Source: Chrysomallon squamiferum (Eukaryota > Animalia > Mollusca). From it: DNA of 64,000 nt. The stretch spans positions 11,098,001 to 11,162,000 of the forward strand of contig CM022677.1 of assembly GCA_012295275.1 (NCBI GenBank). Direction: 5' to 3'. The position numbers and the translations under genes were made by a program. The first letter of the stretch is position 1; each line of letters starts with the position of its first letter. The notes below the pieces were generated by a model. That model had not been told where the DNA came from and did no database searches. It saw nothing but the letters and a program-made list of their open reading frames with translations. This document shows, one piece after another, positions 28,876 to 42,000 of this stretch.

Positions 28876-29479
28876 AAGGGGAGATAACTCCATCCGAGAA
28901 AGTATTCGTTTTCATATTAAAGGAAAATAACTATTTGTGAATATATTCGCTGGTAACTATTACTAAGAAATATTTTATTGTTTATTATATTTAATATAAC
29001 AAATATTCATTTCTTTCTCCTTTTACCGTCGGACAAAAGCATAATGTAGAAAACAATTCTTGTATTTTTAAGTTCTCACTATCCTTATCATATTTCAAGT
29101 TCAGAGTTGTATCAAAATATAAATTTCTTTTTCAAAATTTTAGATTTCAACAAATTAGATATTTTCAACATTCAATTATTAGTATTAATATAAAAAAGAT
29201 GTTATTTACCTTTTAGATATTGATATATTAATATAACAAAAAAAGAATATCCTATAAATATTTCCATCTGATCTATAATTTTAATGTAAAAAGCATTCAT
29301 TATTTAAAATGCTTATCAAATGATTAAGCAGTGTCCACTAATTAAATTCAATTAAATTATTGGATTCCATTGGTTGAAAATATACCTGAACGTTCATCAC
29401 AAGCGAATATATTGATATATAGAGTTATCTCCCTTAACATGAAAACGAATAACCTCTCGGATAGAGTTATGTCCCCTTT
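28876..29479. mobile_element. MITE/foldback-like element with ~75-bp imperfect terminal inverted repeats
   Basis: AAAGGGAGATAACTCCATCCGAGAAAGTATTCGTTTTCATATTAAAGGAAAATAACT..AATATATTCGCT (28876-28951) matches the reverse complement of AGCGAATATATT..AGAGTTATCTCCCTTAACATGAAAACGAATAACCTCTCGGATAGAGTTATGTCCCCTTT (29402-29479). Confidence 0.7.
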
Positions 29480-29531
29480 GTTGCATTTTCCTCCTTGATT
29501 ATTCAGGTTAAAACGAACATATTCCTATATA

Positions 29532-29731
29532 NNNNNNNNNNNNNNNNNNNNNNNNNNNNNNNNNNNNNNNNNNNNNNNNNNNNNNNNNNNNNNNNNNNNN
29601 NNNNNNNNNNNNNNNNNNNNNNNNNNNNNNNNNNNNNNNNNNNNNNNNNNNNNNNNNNNNNNNNNNNNNNNNNNNNNNNNNNNNNNNNNNNNNNNNNNNN
29701 NNNNNNNNNNNNNNNNNNNNNNNNNNNNNNN
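29532..29731. other. assembly gap (200 N)
   Basis: Run of N. The round length suggests a placeholder of unknown true size. Confidence 0.99.
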
Positions 29732-29852
29732 TATACTAATGATAATAATAATAATAATAATAGTAATAATAATGATGATGATAAAATAAATAGCATTAAT
29801 AATGCTTATGATGAAAATGATTTTCATGACGGTGACGATAATGACAACAACA

Positions 29853-29899
<47 letters not shown>

Positions 29900-31964
29900 T
29901 TTGTCTTACAATCTGAAATAAGAAGTAACATATAATTTGCTGTTTATATTCCAGTGTGTTACTCTCATTTGATGTGCATACATTTAGCAAGATGTACAAA
30001 GTATTTAATTATGTTTATATTCCTACTAAAGTTACTAATTAAATGTTCAAATATAAACGTTCCGCTTGTGATTACTATCAGATAAATAGTGCTATTCTTT
30101 AATAGAACATATAAATTTTGACTTGATATCATTTCAAAGTCAGTTGGAGCACATGATAGAATTCAAAAGGTCAAAATATTACTACAATTTAGCTTATAGA
30201 TTTGGAATCCTTATCAAATTACTGATCAGTTTCACCACACTGGACAAACTGATTACAAAGTAAACAGGCTGAATGAACTGATTATGACTAGTTTTTTTGT
30301 CAAAAACAAATATCAAATTTCACCAAAATCATCCTCTAGGTATTTGACATGGAGGGACTGGCTCTAAGGTTCAGTTATGTTTATATTTTATTTTGTATGC
30401 ATATATGTCTGATGGATTACAATATGACGATTTCACTCCTGGGTATGTAGCAGACAAAGAACTCTTTTTTCTCAAGTTAAAAACAAATAATATTATGGTT
30501 TTATGTATTAATGTAAAGCAGAAACAAACGTTTGTTTAAATTTGCTGTTCTTCAATTTCTTGAAAATTGTAATTTTAAATTTATATTGTAAAGTTTCACA
30601 CTTCTTAGGTTTGTGATTGGCTTGATGCAAGACTAATCATTGTATTACAAAGCATTTTTTACGTATCTATTTTATAAAGCTTTATTTGCTGTGTCTATGA
30701 GTATCTGTGTATGCTTCTGTGTACCTATGTGTGTGTTTATGTGTGTGCGTGTGTGTGCGGTTTGGTGTATGATTAGTAATCAGAAGTTAATCACATTTCT
30801 TGATCAAACAAACTTTTAAAAAGAATAAAAGTATGTTCTATTCTTTTTATCAGAGAACTGATTCAAACTCTTAATTTAAACTAAACAATTTTACATCTGT
30901 ATCTTATCATTTAACTTAACTATCGATCAAATAATAATAATAATAATAATTATATATATGTGTGTATGTGTATATGTAAGCAAATATGTATGTATGTACG
31001 TACGTACGTATTCATGTATCTATGCACATTTGTATGTGTATATACTACTAAATGATGTTCTTTGTTGTTTTTCCTTAAAGCTTGTCCTAGTCGTATCGAT
31101 GTCATACACGTTCTCGGTGGCTCCCAAAGTGTGAAGAAAGAAAACTGAGAGAAAGTTAAAGCTGCAGTCACAGAATCAATCAAAATGATTTCAAAGTGCT
31201 AACACAGAAACAGTAAACCTGAGTGTGCAGTCTGTCAGCGTACTGTGACATACAGTCGGACGTGCAGTGACAGTCAGTGTGTGAGTCTAACACTAAGACC
31301 AGAGTGGAAACATGCCAGACTAGAGAGGAACCTTAGTCAGAACCTGCAGAAACCCGCCACCCAGCGGAGGGTCAAGAATGTAGTGGAATTAGCACAGATT
31401 CTGAGAGAAAAAATAAACAAAATAGTAATAATAAAAAGTTTAATTAAAATAAAAAATTAAATACAAAATATTCCAACAAAATGATGTATTTATAAAGGTA
31501 GCTTCAAAATGTAATGAAAGTTATAGCAATTTCGTGTTCGTAAATTCCTGTAATTGGGGCTTATTGTTTAAATCTTTATTAAAAAGCAAGATAACTCTAA
31601 GAAAAGATCAGAATATTACGTTCATTGCATGACGTTAGAACTCTACATAACTTTCAACATTACAAGTAGAATAAAAAATAAAACATCCAGTGAAATTTAA
31701 CACGAAGATATTATTTTTTTTACGATGTTCACAATATTTATTTTGGAAACTTCAAGGAAAAAAAAAAAAATGAAAATAATCGGGACAAATTACAACACTA
31801 GTTGTGGAAATAGTGTACATCAGTTGGATATACGTGCTGACTTGGATATTGTGAAATCGAGTAATGAAGATGTAAAACACAAAGCCAGAAGAATTTGATG
31901 GAATTAATAACACAGACACTGTCACTCAGCCTTGTTCTGCAGATTCCTGTGGTAAGCATAAATA

Positions 31965-32410
31965 ATTACATAAATTAATATATTCCAACGCTACAAAGTT
32001 ATGATATGTCAATATATATGTTAAATCGAAATCATTTAAAATATTTTTTACAAATTTGTTCCAGGGAGAATCGATAAATAATATACTTGTGAGGAAATCT
32101 TGTTTTGACAAATGCAAATTAGGTTCCCCAAAAGGTTATCATTTATACCTTTATAGAAATACACAGGATACCGTTGTAGTTGACCACAGATCATAAAACC
32201 AGGATTAACATTTAGCAAATACTTATAAAATTTCATTTGAATTTATCTATTAGTTGTATATTTTTAAATCCCCATTATTAGTTTTTCAAATAAATCAAGT
32301 ATACAAACGATGGAGAGATTATTCTGATGACTTTTAGCTTACTGCACATAGCTTTCATTGCTTTGTTATATAGATGTTTACGTTGTATTCTGATATTCCG
32401 TATTATATCG
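31965..32410 (-). mobile_element. non-LTR retrotransposon fragment (CR1/L2-group LINE, ORF2 region C-terminal to the RT)
   Basis: Across frameshifts: RKHLYNKAMKAM, NNLSIVCILDLFEKLI, GFKNIQLIDKF, MKFYKYLLNV..NPGFMICGQLQRYPV, NKISSQVY, SPWNKFVKNILNDFDLTYI. This matches the pattern KAMF..QLDLFDK..WGF..KFCK..PNFMVYGELGRYPL..W..IK.IL. Confidence 0.75.
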
Positions 32411-33045
32411 TCAGCATATAGTAGAATAACAAGTGTTAAATAAATATTAATACTTCATTAGCATTGTGTAATTGATTCTAGTCTATTTGCCTTACTATAT
32501 ATAAGAATTTAAATTTATTTTTATATTTCTCCATTAAAATAATTAGAGAGTATAAAGAAAATATAAAATCTGTCACTGAATAATTTTTACTAAATCCAGC
32601 TTCGTTTTCTAAACTCAGGTTTGTTTCACCTGTGTATTTATTTAATCTAGAATTAAGTGCAGGTATACATACTTTACTTAAACAGCTTAATAATGTTCAG
32701 GGTCATTTCGAGCATCTTTATTTTTATATATTGTTGTTGTTTTATTTATTTTTTTGTTTAAAAGATGATTATACTGATTTTCTTTGTACTTCAAGTCAGC
32801 TTTCAGTATACTTTATTTTTTATATCTTTGTCTGGCTTTTCTGACTTTCTTTCTTGCAGTTTTACAAGCTCTGTCAAACCAGGCCTTATTATAACAATGT
32901 TTCTTTATTGTAATATAGGCGGGTTTCTTCCCAAATGTATCTTTAGCGGCAATTATTAGTTATGAATTCACAATCAACGTCTGCTGACTTGCAATTTTCT
33001 AAATTTGGGGATTTTTCATTTAACAAATTTAACTAGCTTTTTAAC

Positions 33046-33254
33046 TTATGGCAAACTGTTTGCATTTTTCTCTGTGACTTCCTTAGAGCTCAATGAAGTA
33101 TCTTGGTTTGTCTCGATGTTCTGTGATCTCTGTTGTCTTGTTTCTCTTGGCTGAGTTGTTGAGTTTCTCTTAGTGGCTTCTGTCCCGTTCTCTCTTACTG
33201 TACACAGCCTTCCCTCGAAAGTCGGCTTTAACAATCACATTGAATTCTTCTGTT
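33046..33254 (-). pseudogene. decayed TNFR-like exon (end of a cysteine-rich domain plus Ser/Thr-rich stalk)
   Basis: Acceptor tcttag|. Reads IQCDC/KADFRG with a frameshift, then LCTVRENGTEATKRNSTTQPRE..DTSLSSKEVTE, with N-glycosylation sequons NGT and NST. Confidence 0.4.
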
Positions 33255-33539
33255 CTAAGATACAGCAAAGAACATTTTAAAATCCTACTTCGTATTGTGG
33301 AATTATGAATTTTCTTGAGAAATTCTCTGTATTTATTGTGTGTTTTTTTCTTAGTTAATGTTCTATAGCTTGATTTGTACTGGTTACAGAACAGGAATAC
33401 AAAATTTGCTTAATTTATTTAAAAACTTAATCAAAACAAAAGGTTTCTTTAATACTGACTGCAATTAATAACTCACTGAATTATTTCGTTATATCTATAG
33501 CTATCTATCTGTCTATCTATCTATCTATCTATCTATATA

Positions 33540-33609
<70 letters not shown>

Positions 33610-33916
33610 AACAGATTGTTGATATGATAATATTAGTATTAAGTCATGGATAAGAACATGACAAGAAATATCGTTAATAACCTCATAATAACAATGCAAT
33701 AATTTCTTGTTCTAAAATAACAAAGAGTAGAACAATAATTGTCTAAATCATATAATTATTGTTATTTGTTGTTGTTGTTGTTGTTGTCATTGCTGTTTGT
33801 GATGTAAATACGCCCTTAATCTCCTGAACTGAATTCTCCTTAAGATTTGAATGTCGAGATCCTCTTTAACATAGTAATAATATATGTCTGATAATAATAA
33901 TAATAATCTGTATATT

Positions 33917-33989
<73 letters not shown>

Positions 33990-34568
33990 AAACACAAACA
34001 GAAACACATAATACAAACATCTATTGGCACATAATTATGTACATACACATCAAATATAATAAAAGGAATTGCTGTTATTTTATGTTCTATTCAGTCAAAT
34101 GTTTTTATATATTTTAGTTTAAGGATAGCGTATTAAAATTTATTTACTATCTGTAACACATAGTTAGATTAGGATATAGGTGAAAACTCCCTGAGATCTA
34201 ACATTTCCTGTTTATACGTTATTTCCTGATGTTCAAGTACATCTTCTATAGCAAACTAGCTGAGTAGAAAATAATTCTTATAAATCAAGGTGGACATTTG
34301 ATAATGTAAATAACATTAAAAATAACCCACGAAACAAACTTTAAAAAGTAAAAAAAAAATAAAAAAATATTTAAATTAAATATAATGAAAACGTAATAAA
34401 ATGTTACATGAAAATATTTTACATAATGTATTGGGTTTTTAAAAATTATTTTAGGAAATTGTATTTATTCACTTAGTTATGTTGTATTACATATCTTTAT
34501 TTTGTATTATTATTATTTTTCTTTTACAATATTTTTTTAAGTGCTTGTTATTTTATACGATTTTTATT

Positions 34569-34602
<34 letters not shown>

Positions 34603-35039
34603 AAACACACATATAACAGTGAATTCAGTTTCACACATTTTTATTTTAAACGACAAAGATTTTAATGCGACTTCTTTAACAGTTTTCTGATTTTTGTTGT
34701 GAACATTATGTTAATTTGCGAAAAATGTATTATGGTAATTAGACTGTTCTTTAACTGCAATTATAATAATTTTCTCATTGCTTTTGTAGTTGATAGCTGG
34801 ATAATGAAATATAATTAGTATGACGGCGAACATTTCTTTTACTGTTATTTTAAGATATATAAAAAGCGAAGTGTATATGTACGTATGTGTATATTATCCA
34901 TGTATGTATGTTCGAATCTATGTATTTATATACATGTATATATGTATGTATGAGTGTATGTATGTATGTATGCATGTATGTATGTATGTAAATATGCGTG
35001 TGTGTTTGGTTTCGTAGTTTATGTTGGTGAAAAACTTAC

Positions 35040-35078
35040 CAGTCTCATGTAGTATGCATGTCCCACTGACGTCATCAT
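35040..35078 (-). CDS. 39-nt micro-exon B of the TNFR-like gene (DDDVSGTCILHET)
   Basis: ttttag|ATGATGAC...GAGACTG|gtaagt, phase 1-1. Confidence 0.65.
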
Positions 35079-35141
35079 CTAAAACAGAAGATGAAGATTT
35101 ATATGAAATTTATATGAAAGTATAATATATGTATGTATGTG

Positions 35142-35173
<32 letters not shown>

Positions 35174-35218
35174 TGCGTGTGTGTTTGGTTTCGTAATTTA
35201 AGTTAATAAAAAAATTAC

Positions 35219-35257
35219 CTGTATCATGTAGTGTGTTTGACCCATTGACGTCTTCAT
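35219..35257 (-). CDS. 39-nt micro-exon A of the TNFR-like gene (DEDVNGSNTLHDT)
   Basis: ttttag|ATGAAGAC...GATACAG|gtaatt, phase 1-1, in frame with the phase-1 donor of the CRD exon. Confidence 0.65.
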
Positions 35258-35433
35258 CTAAAACAGAAGATGAAGATTTATAAGAAATTAACAAAGTATA
35301 ATTTTAGTGTACAAATCTAGTTCTAAATATTTACAACTAGAAGAAATAATAACTAAATTATTATATTTTCTAACAACCTGTAAAATTGTATTTATATTTT
35401 GATACTTACATAAGCAATTCAAATATAGCTTAC

Positions 35434-35719
35434 CCTTAATACATATTTCAATGTTCATCTCGCCACCTTTCTTTTGCAGTTGAAATCCTTCTTTACAACT
35501 GCACTGCGTGTTTCTCACTTTGGTGCATTTCTCTACTTCTGTTTGAGTCGTGTTGTCACACGTGTTACATTTAGCACATGTAGTAGCACGAGTGTAATTC
35601 GACTCGTAATACCCTTCTTCAAAAGGCTCAGATTTTGATTCATCTGTGCAGTGTGCTAAATGTCGTGTTCCAGGAGGACACTTTTTACACTGTATTCCAT
35701 TTATTTCATATTGTTCTGT
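35434..35719 (-). CDS. TNF receptor superfamily-like exon with cysteine-rich domains (may be a pseudogene)
   Basis: YEINGIQCKKCPPGTRHLAHCTDESKSEPFEEGYYESNYTRATTCAKCNTCDNTTQTEVEKCTKVRNTQCSCKEGF has TNFR CRD1-CRD2 spacing. Acceptor ttttcag|, donor AAGG|gtaagc. Confidence 0.85.
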
Positions 35720-36289
35720 CTGAAAAATAATATGAAAAATGTTACAATTATCAGTTACAGTTTTGTAAGGCTGACTGAGGTTCAAGTTTCAGTTTATAGT
35801 TACAGTTTCACGTTTCCCCCTGTAACTGACAGCAACAATTTAATAACATTTACTAACATCACAGTCAAAAATTATGTTTTGGAAAGTCATTGATACACAT
35901 GCATGGTAAGACAAAAATAAAAACAGAAACACACACACAAAAATATGCATCTAGTAAGCAGTGATGTTGTTGTTCAGTTGCGAGTGAGAGTAGTTACGTT
36001 GGATGCAGGTTGAGTTGGTTAAAAAAGTACTTCGTTTTCAGAACTTTCCAGAACTTGTGCTCCCACTGTTGTTGTAAATAGTACCGGCAGCCATCCAAAT
36101 CCACGTACAAAGTTTCATGTTGGTGGTAAATCCAGGAAAAAAAAAATAATAATAAACCTTAAAAGATACGTGAAAAAAGCTACTGCTGCTATGACTTATA
36201 CTAATACTAATACTAATAACTGTGGAATGGAATTGTTTACGTAAAATAACTGACTGAATAAAGCTGGCAAGGTAAAGTAAGATTACTCC

Positions 36290-36450
36290 CTCCACTTGGG
36301 CGTTTTCTAGTGTTTTTCCGAAATTCCGCCTTCATAAACACTCATATCACGTGTACTATCATACCAATCACAGTAAGCTGTTTTATATACTTCAATCCAC
36401 GTCTTTGGCTTTTCTGTGCATTCATTAAATTTAACACATGTTTCAGCATG
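36290..36450 (-). pseudogene. second, decayed TNFR-like CRD remnant
   Basis: HAETCVKFNECTEKPKTWIEV..YCDWYDSTRD/ECL/KAEFR aligns loosely with RATTCAKCNTC..TEVEKC..RNTQCSCKEGF. Cysteines lost, frameshifted. Confidence 0.35.
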
Positions 36451-36727
36451 TTTCTGGAGGTATGTACAGAGCAGAAAAACGAGATCATGGTGACCTAACA
36501 AAAACACAGCATTTCAGAACAAACCTGCGAGTGAAAAAATTCCAGTCTTCTTCTTTGTGTGTGTTTCTGTGTTTTGGTGTATGATTATTAATCAGAAATT
36601 AACCACATTTCTTGACCAAACAAAAATTTAAACAAGAATAAAATGATGTGTTGTTTGTTTATACAGAGGTGGCCATCATTCAAACACTTAATTTAAACTA
36701 AATAACTTTACGCGTGCATCTTGTTAT

Positions 36728-36780
<53 letters not shown>

Positions 36781-36784
36781 CATA

Positions 36785-36842
<58 letters not shown>

Positions 36843-37099
36843 GTTATTTTTATCATTATTGCCACTATAGTATTACTACTATTGTTTTTAATCACCGTTA
36901 TTAACATTATTATTAGTACTACTAGTAGTTGTATTCTAGTTGTTGTTGTTCTTCTTCTACTTATTATTATTATCACTGATATTATTATTATTACTACAGC
37001 TTCTATTTTATCATCGTCATTATTATCATTATTTATATTAGTATTATTATTATCATTATCACCATCATCATTATTATATTATTACCTCTAAATGTACAT

Positions 37100-38106
37100 C
37101 AAGAATTTATACTTCAAGATCACTATTCCTTTTTAATTAGTAATTATCTTCACTGAAAAGTAAGTTTATTTTCTTTAAACCAATAAAATGTCTTTCAACT
37201 TTTCTTTTTATAATTAGGTTAACAAAACAACATTACGAAACACACACACAGACAGAGGTCGATGAAAAAATTATTGCCATTTTTGCTATTGTTGTTCACC
37301 TATTTATTTAACTGTTAGCAATATTTCATGAATTACTTTTAACATTGTTATAGAAAGTTATTTTACGAATATATTTATTTTATCTAATTATTTATGATTA
37401 CCACTAAATTCTTCTGAACCAAATATTATAAACATGCAGAATTTTGGATTATTTGAGCTATCACTGAAATAAGGACAAAAATATTTTAAAAATTACAACT
37501 AGGTTCATGTAGAGTCGTGTCACAGCAGTCTGTTTTTACGAGTTTTTCAGAGTCGCTCGTAAATCTGACTTTTCACCGAGCTCGCTGATATTATTATTAT
37601 TATTAGTAGTAGTAGTAGTGGTAGTAGTAGTATGACTACTATTACTACTACTTTTGCTGCTGCTGCTGTTGCTGCTACTACTGCTATTGTTTATGACCAT
37701 CATTATTATCATTGTGATTATATTAATTATTATTAATTACTACTATTTTAGAATCATTTCTGTCCTTTAAGTATTGCTATCATCATAACCACCATCATCA
37801 TCATCATGCTCATTATTATTATCATTACTACTACTATTTTATCATCATTACTGTCATTAACTAGATGTTATTATTGTTATTATCATTATTTATTTATCCA
37901 CATTAAAATGTTTCTTCATTAAAAATAAATTAAAATGTCTTTATTCCTACTATTTAGAACTAAAATAAAATAAAGAATTTATACTTTATGATAACTATTT
38001 CTTTTTAATTAGCATTTTTCATCACTGAAAAGTTTATTTGTTTTATTTAACAAATAAAATGTATTTCACTATTTTTTTTAACCTTAGATTTAACAAACAT
38101 TACGAC
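37100..38106. repeat. ~140-bp diverged direct repeat pair
   Basis: AAGAATTTATACTT..TTTTTAATTAG..TCACTGAAAAGT..AATAAAATGT..ACATTACGA at about 37101-37238 and about 37973-38105. Confidence 0.7.
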
Positions 38107-38147
38107 TTATTTGATTAAATCAAAACTTAATATTATTATACTAGGAT

Positions 38148-38256
<109 letters not shown>

Positions 38257-38340
38257 TATATTTTATTGTTCATATTAATGTGTTGTAGATGTTGAGGTTA
38301 AGTTAGAAATAGTTAGAAATACTTCTGTTTGTCATTCAAT

Positions 38341-38399
<59 letters not shown>

Positions 38400-38637
38400 G
38401 ATTTGGTTGTTTTCTGGCAGCAAAAACAAGTTATTGTTGTTAGTATAAACTGATTTACATTCGTGTAATACATTTATTTTTGTTATCTCAGATCACAGCT
38501 TTGTAAAAGCAAACAGAGAGAGAGAGACACACACACTCTCACACATTTATATATATAGATGCATGTATGTATGTACGTATGTATATTTATATGTATGTAT
38601 GTATGTTATTTATATGGTTTTGTACGTTAGTGTTTAA

Positions 38638-38682
<45 letters not shown>

Positions 38683-39035
38683 TGGGACATTCTAAACACA
38701 TCGTTTTTAATATAGCTTCAAATCAGTTTATAAGTAAAACCGCCATTAATGAAGCAACAATAATTCAAAATAATGAAACAAACTTATTATAAATTTCACA
38801 TTTTAACTTAAGACGCTGTAAAACATTTGCTTCGCTAAACAGAAAAAGACTTCTAATACTAGTTTCCACTAAATTAGTCACTGCCTGTCCACACGAGTTT
38901 TAGTCTGAAATGTTCCTCTCTTCTCTCCCACTCTGTTCGAGTGTTGCCAAGACTTCTGTGTCTACGTACACACTGTGATTCAGTCTCTTTCCACATTTCT
39001 ATCTGAACTTTTACACATATATTATATATTATATT

Positions 39036-42000
39036 AAAATCATTAAAACAAGACTGAAACATACCATGTTGTTAAGTTGTTTTGTTAGTTGTTGTTTTTC
39101 TAAATTACCTTTCAACCATCAACAGCAACAAAGTTAAAGAATTAAATGAAATTGCCACCTAAGAAGGATTGAACCTACAGATTATTCTCACACTTGTTTG
39201 AAAAGACTGAGCTGAAACCTTACAAACAGCTACATGAAAGTTTGGGTTTATGTCTGATAATTAAACTTATGATTTTACTTGACATAAAAGGTTAATTTAC
39301 TGGTTGTTTTAGGGCTGATTTTGTTAATGTAGTAAAGAAAAGTATCAGGTTCATCTGTAGTAATACATTTTTATAACTTTGTTTTTTTCCTTCAGTCTGG
39401 TTCTATTTCATGGATCATAAAAATGCTAGAGAATAAAAAAAAAATATTTTTGCTCTCTCAGAAGTAAAAGAAATTGAGGTTACTTCACATTACACAGGAC
39501 AGCGTCAGAATTGGCATATCTGACTGAAACCAGAGTTAAACAGAACACATGGATTTTGTAACCTTTTCTTAATGAATGTAATAGTTTGATGTTGTTTTGG
39601 GGCGTGGAATTGAACAAGTTGTTTTTTTTCCAATTCTGTTTCTTATATTAATGTTTAATTTTCAGAGATGGCGAACAGTGTGCCAAGCAGTGGAATGTCA
39701 TCCAGCACCTCTCAGTCTGATCCTGTATGTTTCTTTTCTGTAAATATTGTTTTAAAATATTACTGAAACGCACACTTGTGCATTCACATGTACACTCAAA
39801 TACATGCATGCAGACATACACACATGTATGTAGACACATACACATACATCCACATCCTCCTCCTCACTCTTTGTCCCCCCACAAAACATACATTTTTCTT
39901 TCTTCCACTCTGTCTTTCTCTTTCTCACACATACACTAACCATAAATACAAATACATAGACACAGACATAAAAACAAACACGTACACAAAGTCACACAGA
40001 CAAACACACGCACAAATACAGATGTTAATTTCAGACGCAAATGATTAACTCATTTACTGGAAAAGAGTGGAGAAGTATTTACATTAAAACTGAAAACAAA
40101 TTCCATCTGAAACATTGTAATGTTTCAATTTCATTAAAAGCTTATTTTAATTATATTTTTTCTTTATTATTATTATTACTGTTGTTGTTGTTGTTGTTGT
40201 TATTTCAGTCTGAGGCAGCTGTTTCGGGTCTGCCTCAGCCCACAGACACAGGGACAAGAACCTAGCATTGTGGAAAGCCCAACAGATTTGCCAGGGACTA
40301 GTGTAAATGTTGCTGCCAACAGTGATAACCAAGGGGTACAGTCTGCATCATCATCTGCAAATAATCAAGGATTGTCAAAGCGAAACGAAGGAATTGCTGC
40401 TCCTGCTGTATGAATTTTTATAGTTTAATTTTTTTTTTTTATTAATCTTATTTTGGATTAATAAAACAATATTGTTATGACACTTGGTTAATTAAACAAT
40501 ATTGTTACAATATTGTGTTAGTAAAACAATATTTTTATAATTTTCTCACCTCTTTAATAACAGAAATGTTTACAATTTATTTATTTATTATTTTATTAAA
40601 TTTTATTTTATTTTTAAAGTCATCCTTAAATAACAAAAACATTTGTAAAGAATTGTTCATTCAGACTGTACTAATTTTGAAAAATTTCAAATCCTATTCC
40701 AGAAATATTGGTTTATAAATGGTTTGTATTTGATCAGTTAACCTATTTAGATCAATTTGTTTACAGGTCAGTCACAAAACAGACATTACTCTCAGTGGCG
40801 ATCAAACATCATTCACAAATGTCATTGAGTGTGGTATGTATTCTAGAGTAAATTTAAACACACACACTTTTGTGTAACAGATAATATATATATATATATG
40901 GTATTCATCACAGTATCACTATAAAAAGTGGCAACACATTTCTACTACGAAGTCAGTTTTGGTGATTTGTGGAACTTTTATATAGGTTTTGGGGAATAAC
41001 TGTTTTTACTTTGGTAAATTAGTTTAAATTCACACATGTATTGTTCAAAGCCACATCTTTTGCTTTTAATTGCTGATTTAAATCTTAAATGACCATTTTG
41101 AATGAATTTTTATTTAAAAAGTAACAAACTGTTTTGGTTTGACAAATAGCTTTTGCCTCATTGAATCAGGTCATTTTAACTTTTACCGGGTAAAGCTGAT
41201 ATCATTCAACACTAAACAGTTATTTCCTATTACTTGTTTGAGATCTCAGTTTGGAAATGTACAAAGTATTTGTACAATTCATGAGTTGTGAAACTAAATG
41301 TATATAGACACACTTTCTTTATGTTTTCTTTTTTTATTCAGTTTTCTTATTAATGGATATTAGATATTAAATAGTAACATATTTCTACATTGTACATGTA
41401 ATTTTAAAAATAAATACTCAAGTAATTCTCTCTAACACACAGACACACACATCATAGTTGATTCATATACAACATATAAAAATATATTATAAATTATTTT
41501 ATCAACTATATGTTATTTTCACAAAATCATTAAAACAAGACTGAAACATACCATGTTGTTAAGTTGTTTTGTTAGTTGTTGTTTTTCTAAATTACCTTTC
41601 AACCATCAACAGCAACAAAGTTAAAGAATTAAATGAAATTGCCACCTAAGAAGGATTGAACCTACAGATTATTAGGTCTCACACTTGTTTGAAAAGACTG
41701 AGCTGAAACCTTACAAACAGCTACATGAAAGTTTGGGTTTATGTCTGATAATTAAACTTATGATTTTACTTGACATAAAAGGTTAATTTACTGGTTGTTT
41801 TAGGGCTGATTTTGTTAATGTAGTAAAGAAAAGTATCAGGTTCATCTGTAGTAATACATTTTTATAACTTTGTTTTTTTCCTTCAGTCTGGTTCTATTTC
41901 ATGGATCATAAAAATGCTAGAGAATAAAAAAAAATATTTTTGCTCACTCAGAAGTAAAAGAAACTTAGGTTACTTCACATTACACAGGACAGCGTCAGAA

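Noticed and set aside
29150-29330. Possible Penelope/LINE RT remnant (FRY..IFPSDL) inside the foldback element
   Set aside because: Too short and degenerate in very AT-rich sequence.
33540-33990. Opposed (AG)n and (CT)n tracts able to fold back; also 38150-38395
   Set aside because: Both microsatellites are abundant here, so chance juxtaposition is enough.
36038-36125. MKLCTWIWMAAG as the TNFR signal-peptide exon
   Set aside because: Weak hydrophobic core and no convincing donor site, so it cannot be supported.
39150-39220. tRNA-like sequence on the minus strand (AGCTCAG..GGTTCAATCCT), duplicated at about 41640
   Set aside because: No proper cloverleaf or acceptor stem; at best a SINE relic.
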